DNA of 64,000 nucleotides from Nitrospirales bacterium (GCA_963422365.1 OY729426.1:2080001-2144000), one strand, 5' to 3'; counted from the first letter of the stretch, positions 24,401-31,133 are shown. The notes: generated from the sequence alone by a model not told the origin. Numbers and translations: made by a program.

Positions 24401-25557
24401 GAGTCGTAGCCGCCCCCGGCTGCCTGATGGGTGATGGTCGTACGGCGATCCGTGTTGATCCGGTCATCCACCCCGGTGACGGTAACTTGCTGTGCAGTTT
24501 CCCAATTATCGGTGGTGAAGGTGAGCGAGGCCGGGGAGACGGTGGCGACAGAGTTAGCACCGCTGGTGGGGGTGAGAGTGACGTCGCCCGTCGGCTGGCT
24601 TTGCAGGCCCACGCGGTAGGTGGCCGTGTGGCCGCTGCCGCTGGCCTCGGTGACCGTGACGCGGCTTTTGGACACGGTGACGCCGGCAGTGTCGTCATCG
24701 GTCAGCGTGACGCCCACGCTGGCAATCCTCACCGAGTCGTAGCCGCCGCCGGAAGCCCTATGGCTGATGGTGGTGGTTCTATCTCCTGTATCAATGTCGT
24801 CATGAATGCCGGTGACGGTGACGGGCTGCGGTAGGTACCAGTCGGTGATGGTGAAGGTCAGGGGCGCGGAGACTGTGGCCACGTTAATGTCGTCACTGCG
24901 GGGGGTGATGGTGACGGTGTTGGTCGGCGAGGTCTTGAGTACGACGGTGTAGGTGACGGTGCGCCCGGCACCAGTGGCTTCGGTCACGAGCACACTGTTG
25001 GTGGAGACGGTAACGCCCACGGTGTCGTCATCAACGTTGATGACGGCTATATCGTTCGGATCAACGCCGTTGTAGTTGGCATCGGTGCTGGTGGCCGCGG
25101 CCAGTACGATGGTGTAGGACTGATCGCCATCTTCAAGCCTGTCATCCACCCCGGTGACGGTGACTATCTGCGCGGCATCCCAGTTGGCAGCAGTGAAGGT
25201 CAGCGATGACGGGGTTACTTTGCCTTCACTTCCGTCGGAACTGGATACACCAATGGTGACGGCCGCCGTCGGCTGGGTATCGAGTACTACAATGAAGATG
25301 TCGCTACCGCCGGCCTCGGTGGTGACGGTGCTGCCACCGGTCTCGGTGACCGTGACGCCGGGGGTGATATTCGCATGGGCCGGCAGTGCGCAGATGGTAC
25401 AGAGGGTCAGGCCCAGTATAGCGGCGAGGTGCCGCAGGTGTTGACGAGGCTTGAAGGCGTTAGTCCGCCGAACAGGAGTTTCGGGGGGGGTAACGAAGGA
25501 CGCGGTGAGAGCCCGGGGAACAGGTGCGAGAATCCAAATAACCAGGGCTATCCACAT
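12430..25557 (-). CDS. Giant repeat adhesin / autotransporter-like surface protein (4375 aa)
   Basis: Leader ending LCTICALPAHA; about 31 repeats of ~110 aa with LTFT..NW...Q.VTVTGVDD (Calx-beta/Ig-like, Asp-rich); cadherin-like domain (VPENQ...DFETP); PKD-like domain (NDPPVAHAG); C-terminal beta-barrel ending in F (AFRF). Confidence 0.88.
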   Translation of the reverse strand: MWIALVIWILAPVPRALTASFVTPPETPVRRTNAFKPRQHLRHLAAILGLTLCTICALPAHANITPGVTVTETGGSTVTTEAGGSDIFIVVLDTQPTAAVTIGVSSSDGSEGKVTPSSLTFTAANWDAAQIVTVTGVDDRLEDGDQSYTIVLAAATSTDANYNGVDPNDIAVINVDDDTVGVTVSTNSVLVTEATGAGRTVTYTVVLKTSPTNTVTITPRSDDINVATVSAPLTFTITDWYLPQPVTVTGIHDDIDTGDRTTTISHRASGGGYDSVRIASVGVTLTDDDTAGVTVSKSRVTVTEASGSGHTATYRVGLQSQPTGDVTLTPTSGANSVATVSPASLTFTTDNWETAQQVTVTGVDDRINTDRRTTITHQAAGGGYDSVSIPDVTVTLIDNDKAGVTVSESRVTTTEASGARRTATFTVVLDTPPSADVSIAVTSSDPSEGTVDKSRLVFTSDNWNTAQTVTVTGVNDRIEDGDRSYTIVLAAAVSADAGYRGIDPKDIRVTNVDDDKGPGLILSKSKLETSEGGQQEFLSMRLTRRPTAAVTIAVTSSDTTEGRVAPASLTFTPAGWGEQKVLVVTGEDDDLDDGDQSYTIRLGPAVSADMHYRGFAAAVPATNKDDDAVEVRVSGGGRVMTTEGGGSGRFRVALGSRPVAAVTIAVTSSDPGEGKVAPASLTFTSGDWDQPQEVTVTGEDDVLADRDQDYTIRLGPAVSADVNYNGLDPADIPATNTDNDVAEVTVSVSSVTTTEGGGRGRFRVALGSQPSATVTIAVSSSDPSEGTVDKSRLVFTSGNWDTAQTVTVTGKDDDRADGDRRYTIRLAAAVSMDVNYNGFDPADVLAINTDDDDVGVTASPGAITVTEARGSGHTATYRVVLQSQPSGNVTVTPASGDDSVATVSPASLTFTSSNWKTPQPVTVTGVDDSTDTDRSTSITHSASGGGYGSVSGADVAVTLIDDDGAGVTLSESAVTVDEDGGTATYRVVLDSRPSGHVTITPRSGDINVAMVSAPLTFTAGNWDTAQTVTVTGVDDDFDTDRSTSITHTVSGGGYNPVRIANVAVSLRDDDVAGVTISTSSVTVTKAGRTATYTMVLTSKPTGGGSVRVTPRSRNPNVATPSGSLTFTPSNWDQPQEVTVTGVDDRTDAERATTITHAAAGGGYNSVRIASVSVTLIDDDTAGVTISRNRVTVTEASGSGHTATYRVGLQSQPSGTVTITPASGDTDVATVSPASLTFTTGNWKTAQPVTVTGVDDETDAERSTTITHAASGGGYDSVRIASVSVTLIDNDGAGATVSEAGVTVTETGGSTVTTEAGGSDTFIVVLDTQPTAAVTIGVSSSDGSEGKVTPSSLTFTAANWDAAQIVTVTGVDDRLEDGDQSYTIVLAAATSTDANYNGVDPNDIAVINVDDDTVGVTVSTNSVLVTEATGAGRTVTYTVVLKTSPTNTVTITPRSDDINVATVSAPLTFTITDWYLPQPVTVTGIHDDIDTGDRTTTISHRASGGGYDSVRIASVGVTLTDDDTAGVTVSKSRVTVTEASGSGHTATYRVGLQSQPTGDVTLTPTSGANSVATVSPASLTFTTDNWETAQQVTVTGVDDRINTDRRTTITHQAAGGGYDSVSIPDVTVTLIDNDKAGVTVSESRVTTTEASGARRTATFTVVLDTPPSADVSIAVTSSDPSEGTVDKSRLVFTSDNWNTAQTVTVTGVNDRIEDGDRSYTIVLAAAVSADAGYRGIDPKDIRVTNVDDDKGPGLILSKSKLETSEGGQQEFLSMRLTRRPTAAVTIAVTSSDTTEGRVAPASLTFTPAGWGEQKVLVVTGEDDDLDDGDQSYTIRLGPAVSADMHYRGFAAAVPATNKDDDAVEVRVSGGGRVMTTEGGGSGRFRVALGSRPVAAVTIAVTSSDPGEGKVAPVSLTFTSGDWDQPQEVTVTGEDDVLADRDQDYTIRLGPAVSADMNYNGLDPADIPATNTDNDVAEVTVSVSSVTTTEGGGRGRFRVALGSQPSATVTIAVSSSDPSEGTVDKSRLVFTSGNWDTAQTVTVTGKDDDRADGDRRYTIRLAAAVSMDVNYNGFDPADVLAINTDDDDVGVTASPGAITVTEARGSGHTATYRVVLQSQPSGNVTVTPASGDDSVATVSPASLTFTSSNWKTPQPVTVTGVDDDIDTDRSTSITHSASGGGYGSVSGADVAVTLIDDDGAGVTLSESAVTVDEDGGTATYRVVLDSRPSGHVTITPRSGDINVAMVSAPLTFTAGNWDTAQTVTVTGVDDDFDTDRSTSITHTVSGGGYNPVRIANVAVSLRDDDVAGVTISTSSVTVTKAGRTATYTMVLTSKPTGGGSVRVTPRSRNPNVATPSGSLTFTPSNWDQPQEVTVTGVDDRTDAERATTITHAAAGGGYNSVRIASVSVTLIDDDTAGVTISRNRVTVTEASGSGHTATYRVGLQSQPSGTVTITPASGDTDVATVSPASLTFTTGNWKTAQPVTVTGVDDETDAERSTTITHAASGGGYDSVRIASVSVTLIDNDGAGVTVSEAGVTVTEASGSGHTATYRVGLQSQPTGTVTLTPASGDNSVATVSPASLTFTTGNWDTAQPVTVTGVDDRTDAERSTTISHAITGGGYDSVSIPDVTVTLIDDDGAGVTVSETGVTVTEASGSGHTATYRVGLQSQPTGTVTITPASGDNSVATVSPASLTFTTGNWDTAQPVTVTGVDDETDAERSTTITHTITGGGYDSVSIPDVTVTLIDDDGAGVTVSETGVTVTEASGSGHTATYRVGLQSQPTGTVTITPASGDTDVATVSPASLTFTTGNWDTAQPVTVTGVDDRTDAERSTTISHAASGGGYDSVSIADVTVTLIDNDGAGATVSEAGVTVTEASGSGHTATYRVGLQSQPTGTVTITPASGDTDVATVSPASLTFTTGNWDTAQPVTVTGVDDRTDAERSTTISHAITGGGYDSVSIPDVTVTLIDDDGAGVTVSETGVTVTEASGSGHTATYRVGLQSQPTGTVTLTPASGDNSVATVSPASLTFTTGNWDTAQPVTVTGVDDETDAERSTTISHAITGGGYDSVSIPDVTVTLIDDDGAGVTVSETGVTVTEASGSGHTATYRVGLQSQPTGTVTITPASGDNSVATVSPASLTFTTGNWDTAQPVTVTGVDDETDAERSTTITHTITGGGYDSVSIPDVTVTLIDDDGAGVTVSETGVTVTEASGSGHTATYRVGLQSQPTGTVTLTPASGDTDVATVSPASLTFTTGNWDTAQPVTVTGVDDETDAERSTTISHAITGGGYASVSVPSVSVTLTDDDTAGVTLSETSVTVTEASAGRSTTYTVVLNTRPSGAVTVTPTSGHTGVATVSASLTFTSANWNTVQTITVTGVDDETDGERSTTITHAVSGGGYGSVGITGVSVTLTDNDTAGVTVSETGGGTATTEGGGSDTISVVLDSQPREQVSITVTSSDTGEGTVFPASLTFTPSTWNQPTPVTVTGVDDEVDDGDQAYRIVLAAAASSDATYNGLDASDVAVTNIDDDEAAIVSPAVFEVPENQGAVGTVLAVGGEAVTYAIVGGVDREQFEVDPATGVLTFRAVPDFETPADEASTDPVNDAGNNQYIVGVTAVVQTGEGEKTLEQTIVVTVTDGNDPPVAHAGEGLTVAQGVRVTLDGSGSRDPEGEGLSYAWEPVEAAAAPKIKLEGAETVRPSFTAPSDLAKTIALTFALTVTDTHGERSAAAAVTIRVLVSVAEQDGHVRFAPLRAGEVVVSRGQRITLEVEQGAPAGLGLTLPLEQLGGEAITTITVKRAPTDLPAQPGYRRVSPAVDISLNKGRLSAFPGGATATVCLPLGEPADGVAVYHYEAGTARWAALPLVGGAQPSAVCGATSKFSPFQAFVPIVSDTARAEVSTHWLGRFGRTMASQAVAVIGERLMGGPAGLGTRVTLGGRPVTLRAAAGDDTAGPGARGEWGGGGRGDELAGSGPGRRRRAVASSRSVREVLLGSAVAWSGAVGAGEAEAAEPAGLWTLWAKGAAGGFRGDRLALEGDVVSGWVGVDYADPWGLAGLAVSHSVGRGRFAVGPEAGRGDVRSAVTSLYPYLRWAVDEDMEVWGVVGVGWGELQLKDKRGEVETDVGMRMGAVGARGALSSVGAVALSLKTDAVGVWMDSEAVPGLPAADAAVQRLRLMLTGQTAWAWAAGHRLQPSLEIGGRLDGGDAETGVGLEVGAGLAYEQPALGVSVTGQGRWLAAHQAAGFEAWGASVSARVAPGEAGLGPAFSLTPVWGQAGSGLEAMWESEPGALPGGVSGGRAGPGAVPDRLDVELGYGLRVWDGWGRLTPYGELSLGDGQAQRLHGGLRLAVPGWAHGLEAALFTEQTRRPGAPAESRVGLTGAFRF
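15631..17961 (-). repeat. Tandem array of 7 near-identical 333-bp (111-aa) units within the adhesin
   Basis: Shadow ORFs recur at 333-bp period (15719, 16052, 16385, 16718, 17384, 17717); units differ only at a few binary sites. Confidence 0.92.
17962..25359 (-). repeat. Near-perfect 3699-bp (1233-aa, 11 repeat units) direct tandem duplication within the adhesin
   Basis: Copy A 21661-25359, copy B 17962-21660; paired shadow ORFs are offset by exactly 3699 (e.g. 19213/22912, 20444/24143). Confidence 0.95.
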
Positions 25558-25750
25558 TATTTACGCGCGCGTGATTGTTCATCACCTAGCGCATCCATTT
25601 TTATCTTATCTCAATACGCACGGCAATATCATAAAGAATGAAAACACGCATGTACAGTAGGAATATGAACGTGGATATACAGGATAATCAGGAAGCAAAT
25701 AGAGCAGGATTAGGATTCAGGGTTTAATTTTTACGAGGGATTTTATGCGG

Positions 25751-25774
25751 ACGGGCACAGGGGCCTGTCCCTAC
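25751..25774 (-). repeat. GTAG-type REP palindrome
   Basis: Minus strand GTAGGGACAGGCCCCTGTGCCCGT: GTAG tag followed by an imperfect hairpin. Confidence 0.55.
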
Positions 25775-25818
25775 CACATTACGTGCTCAACATAACTGTG
25801 GTTGTTTGCTACGTTCGT

Positions 25819-27050
25819 CTAGAAGCGCAGCGAGGCGTTCAGTTCGATGCGGTGTTCCGGGCGTTGGTGCAGGTCGTTGTGTTCAATGAAGACCTCGGTC
25901 TGTAACCCCGCAGCCCGGCACCTCTAAGCGTACACCTTTGCGCAGCCGCTGCGGCTGTCCGTCTTGCAGGTGCAGTTCTGCATATGGTCTCACCAGCTCC
26001 AACCGGCCCAGGCCTCTACGCCGTAGCTGAACTTCAGGTCAAGTCGTCGCGGCAGCATGGATGCCTTGCCGTCGGTATCAGGGTTGCCCTGCAGGGTAAC
26101 CACTTCGTCTTTCCACAGGGCACCGGACTGGTTCATCGCCTGCTCCCATACCAGCGTCATGGTCAGAGATACGCCGCGCCCGGAGGCAATTGAAACGCGC
26201 TGCCTAACAGCAGTTCACGTATCGAGAGACGCTTACAGTTGCCGTGAGAGGCAGGTAACGGTATATGGTTGTCTTTGTGCCGATACGCCCTATATGCTGG
26301 TCACAGACCGCAAAGAGGTCATGGTGTGCGACCCGCTGGCGATACCCATGCAGGCCCGCCAGAGGCTGGAAGCCGGTATGCCGGGAGGCAGAGACATCGG
26401 CGTCCAGATGCCGCCCACCGAGCGTGAAGTGCGTGTCCGAGGACCCCCCAGATGCATACGCCGGAGAGCGTATGACGGTGAAGTGTTCCCCTATAACGTT
26501 GATCGCCTGACTGCCAGGGTGTGACCAACACGCGCCGGCAGGTGCTGCGCTATATGCTGACGGTCGTCATCGATGACCGTGACCGCTACGCTTTGCACCG
26601 TTACCGAAGCATAGCCACCACCCGATATTGTATACATAATAGTGGTGCGGCGATCTACGTCAATGGTGTCGTCTACAGCAGTGACGGTGACAGGCTACGC
26701 AGTGTCCCAGTTAGCGGCGGTGAAGGTGAGCAGGTTGGAGCGCGCCGCCGTGGAGACTCTGGCACAGAGTTATCACCACTGGCAGGGGTCATGGTGACGT
26801 TGCCAGTCGGCTGGCTTTGCAGTACTACGGTGCAGGTGCAACGCGCCAGGCGCCAGTGGCTTCGGTCAGGAGCACGGTTTGCGTGACTGTCCTGGAGAGT
26901 GTGAACCCATGTGTACCGAACTGGGTGTTAGCTGGCAGTGCACAGATGATAGAGAAGACCAGGACTAGGTAGCGGCGAGGTGCCGCAAGAAGGTGTCAAG
27001 GCGTTGGTCCGCCGAACAGGAATTTCGGGGGGGGGTAAGGCGTTCAGGAG
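25819..27050 (-). pseudogene. Heavily deleted and degraded paralogue of the giant adhesin
   Basis: Leader 26930-27040 aligns with 25380-25495; one to two repeat-unit remnants at ~26560-26880; barrel remnants DLKFSYGVEAW and MTLVWEQA; terminal AGLQTEVFIEH...HRIELNASLRF* (stop 25819-25821) parallels HGLEAALFTEQ...SRVGLTGAFRF*. Confidence 0.85.
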
Positions 27051-27289
27051 CCTGGGCGTGCCCTGTTCCGCGAGTCCTGCCCTCACGGATTCCTTTCCGA
27101 CGCTCTCAGGTTTTCTCTGGGTGACCAGCGTTAACACGTGTTGCCCCTCCATCGTTTGCCTCGAAGCACGGACATGATAAGCCGTGGATTTTTCCACAAC
27201 TCTTTCCTGTTTGGAAGCGACGGGTGCGTTGCCATACCTTGGCGGCAACGTCCATCTGAAGGCATAGCGCAAACGTCTCCAATATTTTT

Positions 27290-27763
27290 ACGTCTATTGT
27301 GCGTTCGGCGGGCGGGAAGCTGGAATTGGAAGACCTGCAGGCTTCGCGCGATTCCATGACCCGGGAAACTGCTTTCACCCTACAGAAGGCCGCCCCGATT
27401 TGGGGTCTGGAGATCACCCGCACCGAGATCATCGAGGTGATTGTCGATGAGCAGACCAAGGCTTCCCCGCAGCAGCCATTGAACGCAGATCAGGAACGGC
27501 GTGCCGTCATTGCGAAGGCTGAGGGCAAGACACGGTCGGTGGAGCTTGCGGCTGGGCGGAGTTCTATCAAGCCCCGAGGAAGGCCGAGGCCATCAGGGGG
27601 ACAGCCGAAGCGGAAGCCTACACCGGGCGCCAGCGGAGGCTGCCCAGACGACGCTGCTCGCGGAAGCGATTGCCAAGAACGGCCAGCCTGCCGTGGAGTT
27701 TGAAATCAGAAAGCGGCACGTTACTGAAATCGCTGTCCCGTCATCCCACTCAGCCCCGAGTCA
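27290..27763 (+). repeat. 474-bp inverted-repeat copy 1 (3' fragment of an SPFH/stomatin pseudogene)
   Basis: Reverse complement of 40301-40774; I found only three mismatches by eye. Confidence 0.95.
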
Positions 27764-27770
27764 AATCAAA

Positions 27771-27812
27771 TTGACATTTCTGAGTCGTTATGATATTTGC
27801 AAGTGACTTTCA
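27771..27812 (+). promoter_or_regulatory. Putative sigma70 promoter with overlapping 7-1-7 Fur/Zur-type operator
   Basis: TTGACA at 27771-27776, weak -10 (TATTTG) 17 nt later, and TGCAAGT-G-ACTTTCA (one mismatch from a perfect inverted repeat) at 27798-27812, directly upstream of a Fur-family gene. Confidence 0.55.
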
Positions 27813-27835
27813 GTAACGAGTTGTGAGCATGATGC

Positions 27836-28255
27836 GTGCAAGCTAAAGTCAAAGATGAGATTGCAGCGGCTGGGAAGCGAATGACGAGGACTCGTCAGGC
27901 TGTGTTGTCTGTGCTGGAATCCACGAAATACCCGTTAAGTCCGACTGAATTGTATAACCGGTTGAAGAAGCAGAAGGTCGCAATTGACCCTGTCACCGTT
28001 TACCGCAACTTGGATACATTAAAGGGACTTGGACTGGTCACGCAGCTTAAGCTGCACCAAGATGGGCAGTTTCGTTATGAGTTGAGAGAAGGTCGCGAAC
28101 ATCACCATCACATTCGATGCAAGAGTTGTGGGCGGATCGTAGACTTGCTGTTGTGTCCGCTTAAAAAGCTCACGGCGATGATTGAGCAAGAAACGCGGTT
28201 TGTGGTGGGTGATCATTCGCTGGAATTTAGTGGCTGGTGTCCCAAATGTCAGTAG
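27836..28255 (+). CDS. Fur-family transcriptional regulator (Zur/Fur-like)
   Basis: RMTRTR, TVYRNL, HHHHIRCKSCG and CPKC motifs. Confidence 0.92.
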   Translation: MQAKVKDEIAAAGKRMTRTRQAVLSVLESTKYPLSPTELYNRLKKQKVAIDPVTVYRNLDTLKGLGLVTQLKLHQDGQFRYELREGREHHHHIRCKSCGRIVDLLLCPLKKLTAMIEQETRFVVGDHSLEFSGWCPKCQ

Positions 28256-28276
28256 CTTCCGCACAATAGGTTAAGC

Positions 28277-28744
28277 ATGAAAACGTTAGGCGTTTCACTC
28301 TCTAAGGCCGGTTCGATCATCTCATTAGTGTGTGCAGTGCATTGCGCCTTAACGCCATTGGCGTTATTGGCGCTTCCCTTATTAGCTGCGCAATATGGCG
28401 GGGCCTTTGAAGGACTCTTTGGCTCGGTGTTTTCTCATTCGGCTGAATGGGTGTTTCTGGGCGTCATCGTGGTGATTGCCGGGCTTGGCGTGCTCGTGAC
28501 CTATCCCGTGCATCGAGACCATCGTCCCGCCACGTTGACAGTGGCCGGTTTTTTGATGTTGTTGTTGGTTCGTTTGTTTATAGAACAAGGTTCGAGTGTG
28601 GAAATCAGCGGAGACTTGATCGGGGCATCGATGATTGCTTGGGGTGGATTTATCAACCGGTCGTTGTGCCGCTGCCATGCTTGTCATGAAAATGCCGCTG
28701 AGCATGGAGCTTCCAGTCCGCTTCCGGCTTCAACGGGTTCTTGA
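28277..28744 (+). CDS. MerC-domain membrane protein (probable metal uptake)
   Basis: SLVCAVHC in TM1, four TM helices, C-terminal CRCHACH. Confidence 0.75.
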   Translation: MKTLGVSLSKAGSIISLVCAVHCALTPLALLALPLLAAQYGGAFEGLFGSVFSHSAEWVFLGVIVVIAGLGVLVTYPVHRDHRPATLTVAGFLMLLLVRLFIEQGSSVEISGDLIGASMIAWGGFINRSLCRCHACHENAAEHGASSPLPASTGS

Positions 28745-28779
28745 TCCATAGGGCGTGTGGTGACTGATCGCGGCCTTCT

Positions 28780-29856
28780 TTAAGGGGTGCCCACATGCAT
28801 GGTCGATTGTTTTGCCAAGGTTTCCGCCAAGTCGTACAACAGGGTTTCCGTGTCTTCCCAACCGATGCAGGCATCGGTGATCGAGACCCCATATTCCAAT
28901 GGTTTGTCTATCCTCCAGGATTGCTTGCCTGGCTTCAGATTGCTTTCCAGCAACAGCCCTAGGATGCATCGTTGCCCTTCGCAATATTGTTTCAACACGG
29001 AATGGGCGACTGGAATTTGACGCGTGTGATCCTTGTCCGAATTCCCATGTGAGCAATCAACCATAATGGGTCTCGTGATTTCCTCATCTACCAACCCGTC
29101 TCGGGCTTGAAGAATATGTTCTCGGCTGTAGTTTGTTTTTCCACCGCCACCGCGTAACACGATGTGTCGATCGGGGTTGCCATTGGTCTTAATCACGGAG
29201 TTGACGCCATCGATGCTAATCCCGACAAAACTCTGCGGTTGTCGCGCTGCCACCATGGCATTGAGTGCGACTTGCAAGCTGCCATCCGTTCCGTTTTTGA
29301 AGCCGACGGGCATGGATAGCCCACTGGCCATTTCTCGATGGGTCTGACTCTCGGTGGTGCGTGCGCCGATGGCTGACCAACTGATGAGGTCGGAAAGATA
29401 TTGGGGAGTGACCGGGTCAAGCGATTCGGTGGCGCAGGGCACACTGTGATCATTCAGGTTCAGGAGAATGGTGCGGGCCTGCTGAAATCCTTCGGCAATG
29501 TCACAACTGCCGTCCAGATGAGGATCGTTGATAAGTCCTTTCCATCCGACCGTGGTTCGCGGCTTTTCAAAGTAGGTACGCATGACGATCAACAGATGTT
29601 CTTGGGTGGCTTCACTCACTTTTTTGAGTGAGGACCCGTAGGCATAGGCCACTTCATGGTCATGAATGGAGCACGGCCCGACGACCACGAGGAGCCGATG
29701 TTGGTCTCGTCCATAGAGGATATCCCTGATGGCCTGACGGGTTTGAAGGACCGTGGCTTCTGCGGCTGAGGTGATCGGAAGTTGTTCTTTGATCTGCCGC
29801 GGGGTCACCAGTTCTTTGATTTCAATGACATGTCGATTATTGAGAGGCTCTTTCAT
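28780..29856 (-). CDS. 3-deoxy-7-phosphoheptulonate (DAHP) synthase, class I-alpha (AroF/G/H type)
   Basis: VGPCSIHD, YFEKPRTTVGWKG, IGARTTESQTHR, VDCSHGNS, SITDACIGW; start at ATG 29856. Confidence 0.95.
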   Translation of the reverse strand: MKEPLNNRHVIEIKELVTPRQIKEQLPITSAAEATVLQTRQAIRDILYGRDQHRLLVVVGPCSIHDHEVAYAYGSSLKKVSEATQEHLLIVMRTYFEKPRTTVGWKGLINDPHLDGSCDIAEGFQQARTILLNLNDHSVPCATESLDPVTPQYLSDLISWSAIGARTTESQTHREMASGLSMPVGFKNGTDGSLQVALNAMVAARQPQSFVGISIDGVNSVIKTNGNPDRHIVLRGGGGKTNYSREHILQARDGLVDEEITRPIMVDCSHGNSDKDHTRQIPVAHSVLKQYCEGQRCILGLLLESNLKPGKQSWRIDKPLEYGVSITDACIGWEDTETLLYDLAETLAKQSTMHVGTP

Positions 29857-30212
29857 GAAAACGACCTTCCTGAGAAATGTGAGGGCTCTCAGGTACCCCA
29901 AAAATGAATACCGCTTGAGGCCTCACCTTCTTTTTTATGCGACCTCAAGGGTCGAAGGATATCGTACAATTGCGTGCATAGCTTAATGGAAATGAAAATT
30001 CACTGCAAGAGAGAGGGGCATAAAGAAAACGGAATGGTCATGATGCTCCGTGGGTTGACGGCTTGGGGCGTTCCGATGGGATGGCGTTGGTGGATGTCGT
30101 GCGTTGTGCGCAGTTGGCGAAGCTCTCAGCTTCCTATACTGTTATACGATGAGAGGGGCATGAAAAATGACAATGGCGATCCCAAGAGGACTGGACTGCA
30201 GAAGGGGCAGGA

Positions 30213-31133
30213 GTGCGTTTGACGAATCGACCGCGTGAACTCTTTGTTCCTGCCAGACTCACCAACGTGTATACGTATGACCCAGGCGAAGTGCGGAAGG
30301 TCGCATTCACGTTGCCGGAGACCGTCGACATCGATGGGCGGGCCGTCCTGGTTCGTGATCGTATGCGTCCCGGGTCGGCGTTTTTGGCTAAACCGTTTGG
30401 TGCCCGGACGCAAAAGTATCGTCGTAGAATGTATACCCGATCCAATTGTTCTGATGACTCCCCCCGTGTGCTGGAAACGATTATCAATGATACTCATCAT
30501 GAGAAAGCTGATACTTCTCCCTGGTGGCAAACCGAAGATCTTGTGCAGCATTACCGCACAGGTGGCTCAATCGATGTGCGTGTGGATTATGATGAAACCC
30601 ATTCGGAACTGGTGGTGTATCAAAACAGTCATGCGGTCGAACGTACCAACCTGGTTTTGGAATCAGATCAGGAATGGCGTTCCATGCGGATCGTGGCGTT
30701 GGCGCTTTCAACGGGCATTACGCCATTTTTGTCGTATCTTCGGTACATGAAGGCCAAAGCGTTCGGAGTCCTGGACGGAACAAAGGGAGGGCATTTCAGC
30801 CTTATCGTGAGTGTCAAAACCCCTCGTCAATTGATGGAGCATCAGGCATTGCTGGATCTGGCCCATGAGTCTCCTCAACACTTTTCGTATCATCCCGTGC
30901 TAACTAGGGAATGGCCGGAGGATTGGTCGCATATAAAAAGGCGAATCATTCAAGTCCAGACGAACGGAGGACAAGAAGAGCGCGTAAACCTTGCTCCGTT
31001 CATTGCGCTAGAACCAAACCTTCAGCAGTGTCATATTCGGTTTTGTGGAAATGCACTGACGCGGGATCAACTTGTTTTGGGGTTGGAGCAGGCGCAATTG
31101 GCTCCGCTCAGTTTTCGAGCTGAAGTGTGGTGA
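30213..31133 (+). CDS. Ferredoxin-NADP reductase-like FAD/NAD(P)-binding protein
   Basis: RxY(T) FAD motif (RRMYTRS), STGITPF nucleotide-binding loop, FCG and terminal EVW. Confidence 0.7.
   Translation: MRLTNRPRELFVPARLTNVYTYDPGEVRKVAFTLPETVDIDGRAVLVRDRMRPGSAFLAKPFGARTQKYRRRMYTRSNCSDDSPRVLETIINDTHHEKADTSPWWQTEDLVQHYRTGGSIDVRVDYDETHSELVVYQNSHAVERTNLVLESDQEWRSMRIVALALSTGITPFLSYLRYMKAKAFGVLDGTKGGHFSLIVSVKTPRQLMEHQALLDLAHESPQHFSYHPVLTREWPEDWSHIKRRIIQVQTNGGQEERVNLAPFIALEPNLQQCHIRFCGNALTRDQLVLGLEQAQLAPLSFRAEVW

Noticed and set aside
15631..25359. CRISPR-like periodicity
   Set aside because: Units are 333 bp or longer, coding and lack unique spacers; no cas genes are present.
25819..27050. Diversity-generating retroelement template repeat
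   Set aside because: Differences from the adhesin are not confined to adenines, there are many indels, and no reverse transcriptase is in the window.
27290..27763. IS element or MITE as the source of the 474-bp repeat
   Set aside because: The sequence is SPFH coding remnant, with no terminal inverted repeats, target duplication or transposase.
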